Source of the DNA: Salisapilia sapeloensis CBS 127946
Lineage: Eukaryota > Protista > Oomycota
Assembly (NCBI GenBank): GCA_023334545.1
Contig: JAADVB010000054.1
Coordinates: forward strand, 1-64,000
Direction of reading: 5' to 3'
DNA length: 64,000 bases
Below are positions 54,001 to 64,000 of the stretch, piece by piece. Under the pieces are notes generated by a model, which was given only the letters and a program-made list of their open reading frames with translations, did no database searches and was not told the DNA's origin. The translations under genes and the position numbers were made by a program. Numbering within the stretch: position 1 is the stretch's first letter; every line of letters starts with the position of its first letter.

Positions 54001-57000
54001 GTGCGCAGAAGACGATATTGGGAAATGCAAAGAAGCTCATGGAGGACATGGTTAAGTTTGACAAGGACAACATCGATGATAAGATCATCCAACAGCTTGA
54101 TCCTTACATTGAGTTAGAGGAATTCCTCCCGGCTGCCGTACGGAAGGCTAGCGTCGCATGTGAAGCTATTTGCATGTGGGTGCGTGCTATGCATACGTAT
54201 CACAACATCGCCAAGATGGTCGAGCCGAAGAAGAAAGCACTAGCCGAAGCGCAAGCAGAGTTGGATGTTACCATGGGTGTTCTCGCGGACGCGAAAAACA
54301 GGCTACAAGGTGTTGTGAACAAACTTGCAGAGCTTGAAGCCAACTACAATGCTGCGGTGGAAAAGAAAGATCAATTGGTGCAAGATGTCCAGCAATGTGA
54401 GATTCGACTGGAGTCAGCTTTGAAGCTCATTGGATTGCTTGGAGGAGAGGAGACTCGATGGGCAGCTACCATTCGCCAGCTTGACGATGACGTTGCGAAT
54501 CTCGTTGGTGATGTTGTCATCTCGGCTGGAACTATTAGCTACCTAGGTGCTTTTACAAGTGAGATTCGTGAAGATTGTGTTGCCGAATGGTACGCCGGAT
54601 TAAGTGACCTCCATATTGTTCATACACCAGGCTGCAATGTGATTACCACACTTGCAAATCCTGTGACAGTTCGTGGATGGCAGATTGCAGGTTTGCCCAC
54701 TGACATGCTGTCTGTTCAAAATGGTATCATGATCGAACGAGCACGACGTTGGTCCTTGCTCATTGATCCACAAGGACAAGCTAATCGGTTTGTAAAGAAC
54801 TTGGGAAAAGATGCTTCCGAAAATGGTATCGATGTCATTAAACTGACTGATAAAGGCTTCTTAAAGACATTGGAGAATGGTATTCGATTCGGCAAGTGGA
54901 TTTTACTCGAGAATATTGGCGAGACTTTGGACGCAACGCTAGAACCTGTGCTACTACAGAGTAAATTCAAGCAGGGCGGTCAAGTTATGATGAAGCTGGG
55001 AGACACGACTGTGCCATACAATCCAACTTTTCGTTTTTTCATGACGACCAAATTACCAAATCCTCATTATCCACCCGAGACGTCTGTCAAGGTTACGCTT
55101 GTCAACTTTACTATCACACCAAAAGGCTTGGAAGATCAGGCTTTGGATGTTGTGGTACAGGAAGAGATGCCAGAATTGGCGGAGAAGAAGAACTCATTGG
55201 TCGTGTCCAATGCACGAATGAAAGCTGAGCTTGTGGAAATTGAAAACAAAATACTGTACATGCTGGCTAACTCCAAGGGCAACATCCTAGATGATACAGA
55301 ACTCATTAACACTCTGGGTAAGGCCAAGGTCACTTCGGAAGACATTAATGAAAAGATGGCCGAGGCCGAGGTTACTGAAAGAGCAATCGATGAGTCTCGA
55401 GAAGGCTACCGTAGTGTAGCGTTCCGAGCGTCCTTGCTGTTCTTCTGTATTGCAGATTTGGCTATGGTAGATCCTATGTACCAATATTCCTTGCCTTGGT
55501 TCGTCTCGCTCTTTATTAAGAGTATCAATAATGCACAGGAGAGTGAGGAACTGGAAGAGAGGCTACTAAACTTGATGGACTCTGCGACATACTCGCTCTA
55601 TCGCAATATCTGTCGGTCTCTCTTCGAAGAACACAAGCTCCTCTTCTCTTTCTTACTCACAATTAAGCTACTACAAGGAGATGGAAAGATTGATAATTTG
55701 GAATGGAGGTTTTTGATTTCAGGATCGACGATCAAGGCTCTAGACGTGTCGAACCCCGATATTACATGGATCGAGGATCGCATGTGGCGAGAAGTTTGCG
55801 CTCTATCGACATTGCCAGCGTTTGAAGCACTTGCTGGTAGCATGCAAAACGATACGATAATGTGGCGAAAAATCTTTGACTCTGCTGATCCGCATCTTGA
55901 ACCGTTACCAGATGCCGACTTGGAGCTTGGTCTGAACAGTTTCCAAAAGCTTTGTGTCCTTCGTTGCATTCGACCGGATCGAATGACTGAAGCTATTCAA
56001 AACTTTGTCGTGGAGCATGTAGGTCAGCGATTTATTGAACCACCGCCATTCGACTTGGCAGGATCCTTTGTGGACTCTACCTCTATAACACCGATTATTT
56101 TTGTCCTTTCGACCGGTTCTGATCCCGCTAAGGAGCTACTAAGCTTTGCCGAAACGATGAAGATGAACCGAAAACTGAATTCAATTTCCTTAGGTCAGGG
56201 ACAGGGCGTGTTGGCAGCAAAGATGATCCAGGAAGGCGCAACTAGTGGCAAATGGGTATTGCTACAGAACTGTCATCTAGCTATTAGTTGGATGCCGCAA
56301 CTGGAGCGTATCTGCGACGAGTTTAATGCTGACACCATCCATCGAGACTTTCGTTTGTGGCTAACTAGTCGACCTTCGAGCTTCTTCCCGACTTCGGTTT
56401 TACAAAACGGAGTCAAAATGACCAAGGAGCCTCCCAAAGGAGTGCGAGCCAACTTGAAAAGCTCGTACATTAAGCTTTCGAATGCCAGTTTAGATGCAAC
56501 ATCTAAGCCAGAGCAGTTCCAAAAGCTCTTGTTCGGATTAAGTTTCTTCCATGCCATCGTGATTGAGCGCAAGCGATTTGGTCCACTTGGCTGGAACATC
56601 CCGTATGCATTTAATGACACGGACTACGACATCAGTCGAGCACAGCTTGAAATGTTCTTGGACTTTTATGATGAAGTGCCGTATCAAGTACTTCGTGTGA
56701 TGACTGCAGTGGTGAATTACGGTGGACGAGTGACGGATGATAAGGACATGCGGACGATTGATGTCATCTTGGAAGGTTTCTTCAACCCCGGGATCCTCGA
56801 ACCAAATTACCAATTCTCATCTAGTGGAACGTACTACTCTCCAAATGTTGACCCGAATGATCCGCATGGAAGCTACCTGAGCTACATTGAATCCTTGCCG
56901 CTGAATCCTGAGCCTGAAGTCTTTGGCATGCATGACAACGCAAACATTACGTGTGCCTTAGCTGAGACGTTCAACATGTTCGATATCATTTTGGCGCTTC

Positions 57001-57941
57001 AACCTCGAGTGTCAACTGGAGCTGGACAGTCGAGAGAAAGTATCATCGAGGAACAGGCCAAGTCAATTGAAAATCGACTTCCGCCTTTGTTTGATATTGA
57101 AGCGGTTAGTGTCAAGTACCCAGTTATGTATGAAGAATCCATGAACACTGTGCTGGTGCAGGAGTTACAGCGCTACAATAGTCTCTTGTCCGTGATGAAA
57201 GTGTCTCTACCGAATCTGCAAAAGGCATTGAAAGGTCTCGTAGTCATGTCATCAGAATTGGAGACCATGGCCAACTGCCTATTCAACCAAAAGGTGCCTC
57301 CGCAGTGGGAGAAGAAGGCATATCCTTCTTTAAAAGCACTAAGCTCGTGGACGGACGATCTGCTGGAACGAGTGAAATTCTTGACGGCATGGGTGGAAGA
57401 TGGTATTCCGACAGTCTTCCTCCTATCGGGATTTTTCTTCCCACAAGGTTTCCTGACGGGCATCCAACAAAACCATGCTCGTCGGTTCCACTTACCCATC
57501 GATTCGCTCTCGTTTGATTTTATCATGAAACCGGAAGCGCCAGAGCAACTGACTAGTAAACCTGAGCAAGGTGGATGCTACACATATGGTCTCTTTATCG
57601 AAGGAGCAAGATGGGATCGAGGTGCCCACTCACTCGTAGATCCACTACCTAAAGAGCTATTCGCTAGGATGCCTGTCATCCATTTGCTTCCTGTGGAAGA
57701 CAGGAAAGCACCACAGACTGGTATCTACAGATGTCCAGTGTATAAGATCCTGACGAGGACAGGTACATTATCCACGACCGGACATTCGACAAACTTTGTC
57801 TTTTGGATTGAGATCCCGAGCAACAAGCGTACCATCTTCCGTAACTCTCTAGTGTCGGAAACAAACCAGCAAATCCAATTTGCTGACCAAGACTACTGGA
57901 TCAAAGCTGGCGTAGCTTGCTTCCTCTCGCTACGATACTAG
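45065..57941 (+). CDS. DNAH1: Axonemal inner-arm dynein heavy chain (DNAH1-like), 2 exons
   Basis: Exon 1 45065-45103, intron 45104-45182, then one exon of about 12.76 kb. P-loops GPAGTGKT, GATGGGKS, GPTGTGKT, GVGGSGRQS; CFDEFNRI; N-terminal LPLHWFDDTTYE resembles DNAH1. Subtype assignment is less certain than the dynein call. Confidence 0.85.
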
Positions 57942-58156
57942 ACTCCTGATAAGACTTTATAAAGTACTATGAATATATATAAAAACTTCCATGATGAAAA
58001 TGTCTAAAGGATTTTATGCCTACTGATCCAAGTAGGAGAACAAGCATACGATAAACAGAACAAGATATGACAATAAGAGTCAGAAACTATGCACAGCGTT
58101 CCACTTTCGTTCTATCCTACCTTCCTCGCTGCAGTTCCTTGGAAAAAATGGTACCC

Positions 58157-60419
58157 TTACTTGATCGGTTTGCGTTCAATCTCTTCGCCCTTGAGGATCT
58201 TGCCAATCTCAGCACCTGTAAGCGTCTCGTATTCGAGCAGTGCAGATGCCAAATTGTCCAATTCCTTCTTGTGCGACTCTAAAATCTTCTTCGCGCGTTC
58301 GTACGACGCATCACAGATCTTCTTCACTTCTTCATCAATCATCTTCCGCGTCACACCACTCGTGTCGTTCTTGTTCAGATCGTGGAAGACCAGACCGACT
58401 TCATCGCTCATACCGTACTTGGTCACCATGACACGAGCAATGTTCGTGGCTTGCTGAATGTCCGACGACGCTCCACCCGTCACTTCCTCTGTACCAAATA
58501 TCATCTCCTCGGCAATGCGGCCACCCATGCACACATCCAGCCTTGCCAATAGCTACAGCACTCGTGAGATATCGAGAGGAATATGTGTATATGGTCTGTC
58601 CTACCTGCTTTCGAGAGATGCTTGTCTGGTCTCCTTCCGGAAGCTGCGATACCATACCCAACGCCTGTCCTCTTGGCATGATCGTCGCCTTGTATACAGG
58701 ATGTGCGCCAGGCGTGTTCATCGCCACGAGCGCATGACCACCTTCATGGTACGCCGTGAGCTTGGCTGAGTCGGGTGTGATGAGCGCCGACTTGCGCTCG
58801 GCACCCATGAGGATCTTGTCTTTCGCGTACTCGAACGAGTCCATGTCCACGACCTCGGCATTCTTCATAGAAGCACGCAACGCGGCTTCATTGACAACGT
58901 TCGAGAGCTCGGCACCAGACATACCTGGCGTAGCACGTGCCAAGACATCAATGTCCACGTCTTCTCCAAGTGGGATTTTACCTGCGTAAAACTCTAGAAT
59001 CTCCTTCCGACCAGCAACGTCTGGAAGCGCAACGTTTACATGCCTGTCGAAACGACCTGGACGGATAAGTGCATTGTCCAGAACGTCAGGGTAGTTCGTT
59101 GCGCCGACGACAATGATTCCCTTGTTCTGGTCGAAACCATCCATCTCAACAAGAAGCTGGTTCAACGTCATCTTCATCGCCTGTTGCTCCTTGAGCTTCC
59201 GCGTACCTCCGATGGCATCAATCTCATCGATGAAAATGATGCATGGGCCTTTACGCTTAGCCTGTTCAAACAACTCACGCACGCGACGTGCACCGACACC
59301 AACGTACATCTCTTCAAACTCGGAACCAGAAGAGTAAAAGAACGGGACACCAGCTTCTCCGGCAATCGCACGCGCTAGAAGGGTCTTACCAGTTCCAGGC
59401 GGACCAGTGAGCAGCACGCCCTTGGGTAAATTACCACCGAGACGCGTAAACTTGCTCGGGTCTTTTAGGAATTTGACAATTTCTTCGACTTCTTCCTTGG
59501 CTTCATTCGCACCTTTCACGTCCGAGAATCGCTTGTCACTGCCGGATGGACCCATGACGCGAGAACCACCGCCCATCTTGCCCACTTTTTCATCCAAAAG
59601 CGCACCGAGAGCAGACACGACGAGGAAGGCGACGCCGAGCGTTCGCACTGTCTTCCAGAGGTTACTGCGGAAGCTGCCTTCGACCATGGAGACGTAGACA
59701 GGGTCGTTAGGGCTTCCTGACTTGAGGGCAGATGCAGCCGCACCGCCAGCACCACCCATGGAAGACGAGCCGGAAGAGAAACCTTCCATGGCTCCTAGAC
59801 TTGACCGCATTTGCTGACTGCCGGCGAGTGCTTGGGGCATATCCATAGCATCGATCCGTCCAGTTCTACACCAGATCCAAGTCAGGTATGGTGTTGTGTG
59901 TATTTAAATGTACAACGTACTTGACAAGGGCCTTGAGGTATTCTTTCTGTACGGCTTCATCTACAGCATAACGACCTTCTTCGACGCGTCGAATGACTAG
60001 GTTCGGATAGTCCTTGTTTAGTTCTTTGAGGAATCGGAGTTGTCGGTATGCGTCCTCCGAATTGCGGTTGGCATCCTGTTCCAATTGCTTTAGATGCTTG
60101 ACCTTGCTCCTCTTAGTCAAGTTCAGCAACGAACGCGTAGAACCGATGTTAGATGTCGGTACGCTTTGCTTTGTCAGGAGATTAATGCCGTTTGCTACAT
60201 CGCGACGACCGGCATGAATCGTTCCTATAGCCACACCATCATTATAGTTAGTCCTCTGCAGCATACGACTAGTTTGCAAGCATGATGAAGCATGATATAC
60301 CGATCGAGATCGGATATGAATGCAGATAGGAGAATGTTCTAGAGTCTAGTGTGTGGCGTGAATGTACCTGTAGGAATCGTAGCAGCAAGTCGATTGATGA
60401 GGGTTCGAGGGCCTAGCAT
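58157..60419 (-). CDS. YME1: Mitochondrial ATP-dependent zinc metalloprotease (FtsH family, YME1/i-AAA-like), probably 4 exons
   Basis: [50 protein letters not shown]. Introns 58553-58604 and 59866-59920; the first exon (ATG 60419, intron 60225-60367) is tentative. Confidence 0.85.
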
Positions 60420-60556
60420 CACGGTCGTTTCCAGTCGCAGAGAGTGTAGGTGGCCGACGCAAGGGACTTGACGACGATGTCTTGCCTTCCAACGATCGCG
60501 CGGTGAGAACGCTTTGAGTGTGCTCGATTTTATGCTATCGACATTCGGCGTTTGTC

Positions 60557-60567
60557 ATTGGCTGAAA
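60557..60567. promoter_or_regulatory. CCAAT-box-like element
   Basis: ATTGGCTGAAA about 140 nt upstream of the putative FtsH ATG, with further GATTGG copies at 60584-60594. Confidence 0.45.
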
Positions 60568-61282
60568 TGCAGAAGTCATAGGAGATTGGATTGGCGCGAA
60601 TGTTGGTGAGTCGCATGGAGTTATCTTCATAGCAACTTCGTTTATCGTTGATTTGGATCGAGTTTGTTGATGAGGAGACTTGAATTAATGAACGACGGGG
60701 TTTTTATATGGATGCTTAGTGGTGATTGGATGCTTGAGCGTCGATTTTAGTTAGATAGGAATTGAAGTATATTGATTTGGTAATTTGGATATGATTTCGG
60801 ATTGATTAGCTACTTGATGATTTATAAGGGAAGAGCATTGGAGTAGATGTGGTACGTCAGCGCTCTTCCTACAAAGACAAATAGTGAAGGCTAGTAGACA
60901 CATACAAGGGAACTAGCGGATAAATGTAGCTTCTTTCTTGGTTGTGAAGTTCCCACGTTAGTGCCTCCCGCCAACCATAGGCCAAGAGATAACAAGAGCC
61001 AAGAGGTACAAAGCAAGACACTGTCTAGGAGATCGAGATAAAAAGTGTGTGTGAGTACAGCACAATCTACGTTTGACTCCATTCTGGAGACATGTTTACT
61101 GAGGTGAAGCGTGATTTGTTGTTTGCTAGTCTCTGGATGTGATGAAAGCCAAAGACTGACCTTATGCATGCATTTGCAGCTTGTGTCAATCTCCAACCTT
61201 CTTCAAATAGCCTAAAAGATAGAAATGGACAGAAGAGACTATGTTGATGTGAAGAGCGTGGGGTATGTCGTAAGCTGTCAAA

Positions 61283-62296
61283 ATGCCGCTCAAGTCCTTT
61301 CAAAGAAAGCACGGCGTACTTTCATCGTCACATTCGTTCTCACGTCTTTCTGCTTACACCTCTTTCATGACGTTCCCAAACACAAGCACCTGCACGACGG
61401 AGAAGAACAGACCTGGGGGGAACTATCGAGATCCGATGTCCAATAATGACAGTAGCGAGTCGTTTAAAAGCGATGCCAACACTCCATCTCAACTCGCGCG
61501 GCCTTCATCTCCTCCTCAGCCAGCTCCATCGACGACAATCATAGCGGCTGAGCTACAAAGTCTCAGTCATGAGCTTGAGATGGAAATGCGTGATGCAATT
61601 AACACCATTCCGAGAATGTCGCTACCTATGACTTCGCCACTTCATACGACAGTGGAAGCATCAAGATCTCGTCTCATGGCAGATAAGCACATGCAGAACT
61701 TGGCTCTTCGCCACGACTTACTTTCATACGAACGATTCCTTCCTAGCAATGGGCAAGATTGGAGCATGCCTAGTACATCAAGAACAACCAGCATGGCCTC
61801 TCTTCATGGTGCGGACGAAACGAAACTAAAGGAGCTGTTAGCTGGATTGAAAATGATCGACGACTCTAAAGTCAAGTCAGCTTACGAGATCGAAGCAAAG
61901 GCGATACTAGAGCGTATCAATGCCCAGCAATCGCGTAATGAGCAGGTTACCGCGAGGACGATGAATCGATCGATGTTCGCAGGTGCGCTCAATGACTCGC
62001 AGCCAAGGCGACGAACGAGTCTTTCCAAGCATGCAAAACAAGTGCTGCGCTCGTGGTTCGAAGACCATTTGCATCACCCGTACCCGACAGAAGACGAAAA
62101 AGAGACGCTTGGACAGGATGCAGGTATCACGTTGGACCAGGTGAACAACTGGTTTATCAACACGCGAGGCCGGAAGTGGAAACCCATGCTCGCGAAGCTT
62201 TTGCAAGAGAAGGAAGCTGGCTCAAGTGAACTGTACGACCAAATGATCGATAGGATCCAGCAGCCATATCGCCAGACACCAGGCGCACGAAAATAA
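61283..62296 (+). CDS. TALE-class homeobox transcription factor
   Basis: RRRTSLSKHAKQVLRSWFEDHLHHPYPTEDEK...QVNNWFINTRGRKWKP, with the PYP three-residue loop extension. Start is ATG 61283 or 61436. Confidence 0.88.
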   Translation: MPLKSFQRKHGVLSSSHSFSRLSAYTSFMTFPNTSTCTTEKNRPGGNYRDPMSNNDSSESFKSDANTPSQLARPSSPPQPAPSTTIIAAELQSLSHELEMEMRDAINTIPRMSLPMTSPLHTTVEASRSRLMADKHMQNLALRHDLLSYERFLPSNGQDWSMPSTSRTTSMASLHGADETKLKELLAGLKMIDDSKVKSAYEIEAKAILERINAQQSRNEQVTARTMNRSMFAGALNDSQPRRRTSLSKHAKQVLRSWFEDHLHHPYPTEDEKETLGQDAGITLDQVNNWFINTRGRKWKPMLAKLLQEKEAGSSELYDQMIDRIQQPYRQTPGARK

Positions 62297-62364
62297 CTAG
62301 CGATTGTAATCAGATTTGCCCATTCCTCCATTTTTCACTCTAGTCTCCGTGACGCTTAAGTAGC

Positions 62365-63620
62365 ATGATATCATGTCGGTCGATCTATGCGACGCATCAA
62401 GTTCTGTTGCTTGGTCAATTCATCTCGGTGCTTATAACGTGCACAGGCATCTTCACACAGATTCTGAACCAGTCTTATGAGGTAGAGATTGATACAGGCT
62501 ATTGGTTGTGGAGATATCGATGGTTGTCGTGACATGCTAGATTCAAATCCCAGTCACCCAGAGCGCTGGTAATTACTTGTTGTTATGTATGTACTTGGTA
62601 TATCCTGTATGGCAGGCTACGCGCAATGCAGACTACAAACTCGAGGCAGGAGTCGAGTACTTTGGAGCGTAGATGTGTTTGTCTAATGCATTTAGTAGAT
62701 TGCATGGTGGAAATACTTGCTGCTAGCCCTCGCGGATGTCGAAGGAAACTTTTTAGTTGTCTGTGCCTATAAGTATACATCTATCGCCAGTGCGATGCTG
62801 CTAGATTGCTTTACTATACCCGTCGTCATGCTCCTCTCCGCTATATTCCTCCAAGCCAAGGTGACCATCCTCTTTCCTTCCAATTATGGCCAATTCTCAC
62901 TTTTGGTCCCAGTACACGCCGAACCACTATGCTGCTGTCTTACTCTGCCTCCTCGGCATTACCCTGTTGGTGTACTCGGACTTGGAGAACCAACCGCATA
63001 TCGGAGCAGCAAACGATACCTCTCTTCCGTCCAAGATCTACGGAGACGCTTTGTGTCTGCTAGGAAGTGCCATCTACGGCTGCTCGAACGTTGGGCAAGA
63101 GTATTTGGTGAAGAAGAAAGATCGACGAGTAGAGTTTCTAGGTATGATTGGTCTCTTCGGCTTTCTCGTCAGCAGCATCCAAGCTGCTGTCTTTGAAGAG
63201 CACATCCTCGCTGGCATCCACTGGTCTTCTATCTATGCCTCTCTAATATCCAAAGACTTACCAGTGTCTATAGGACGGACGGTAGTGCAGCTTGTCTCGC
63301 TGGCTACGTGGTAACCTTGTTCATCATGTACACAAGCACCTCGGTACGTCTTCCTATATAATCCTGCAGCTTCATGGACTACAGCGCACGAGTAGATCTT
63401 CCTACAGTCAGGTGATGCGGCTGTGTTCAATCTGTCTCTCCTCACCTCCGATTTCTTTGCAGTCGTTGCGGCCAAGTTTCTTTTCAACGAAGAGCTCACG
63501 AGTCTCTACTTTGTCGGCTTCGTTCTCATCATCCTTGGTATCGGTCTGTACAACAACGTTCCGACAGTGCAGGCGGTAGAAAGTGAGGAAGTAACGACTC
63601 AACTCCTTGTAAAAACGTAA
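62365..63620 (+). CDS. SLC35F1/F2-like solute carrier, about 6 exons
   Basis: LLLGQFISVLI, ADVEGNFLVVCAYKYTS...LLDCFTIP, KIYGDALCLLGSAIYGCSNVGQE, AAVFNLSLLTSDFF. Introns about 62482-62540, 62652-62698, 62861-62912, 63224-63273, 63344-63395. Confidence 0.85.
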
Positions 63621-63684
63621 ACGAAAGCATTGGATTAAAGATTCAAATGGATTGAATCAAAAGCTCTACGCCTTATCAAATGCA

Positions 63685-64000
63685 TCATTCCTCTTCCTTC
63701 TTGACGTCCAGGCCTTCGAGAGACTTGGCAGCTTCGTCGCCGGCGGATGTGTCCTCAGCATCGGCGCCTTCCTCCAGCTTCTTGTTGTTCTCCTTGGCAT
63801 CGTCGTGCGCTTCCTTGAACTTTTGAGCGTTCTCGGCGTTGGCGAAACGGAGGGCAAAGACCTGCGTCTCGATCTCCCCTTCGCTAAAGTCATAGCAGGA
63901 GAAGACCCACGCACGGTCGCTGCCCATGTTCGGCGAGAGCTCCGTACGGCTTTCCACGACGTGGTTGATGATAATTTTATGCGTACGCTCCTGACGCATG
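63685..64000 (-). CDS. RANBP1: Ran-binding protein 1 (3' part; truncated by the window end)
   Basis: MRQERTHKIIINH, NMGSDRAWV, DFSEGE, FALRFANAENAQKFKEAH, acidic tail. Confidence 0.9.
   Translation of the reverse strand, partial: MRQERTHKIIINHVVESRTELSPNMGSDRAWVFSCYDFSEGEIETQVFALRFANAENAQKFKEAHDDAKENNKKLEEGADAEDTSAGDEAAKSLEGLDVKKEEE

Overview
Very gene-dense eukaryotic window, most likely from a flagellated oomycete. Support for that: START-FYVE, WRKY19-like C-x4-C...HGG repeat and KRE6/SKN1 genes, a TALE homeobox ending WFINTRGR, Inr/FPR-like promoter elements, and axonemal DNAH1, CFAP70 and PACRG-like genes. The species cannot be determined from sequence alone. About 29 protein-coding genes were reconstructed by hand, many split by very short GT-AG introns (nearly all 47-63 nt, mode 51-52). 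No rRNA, tRNA, CRISPR array or intact transposase was seen. Best leads: (1) a 35-codon uORF ending Pro-Ala-stop, the only AUG in about 400 nt upstream of S-adenosylmethionine decarboxylase; (2) two small secreted proteins in a gene-sparse island whose flanks are homologous while their coding regions are not; (3) a lipoyl domain fused to KGD4/MRPS36-like motifs, 2.2 kb from an atypical 2-oxoglutarate dehydrogenase E1 that lacks the usual N-terminal segment. All exon boundaries are manual and family calls are from motif recognition, not database searches.
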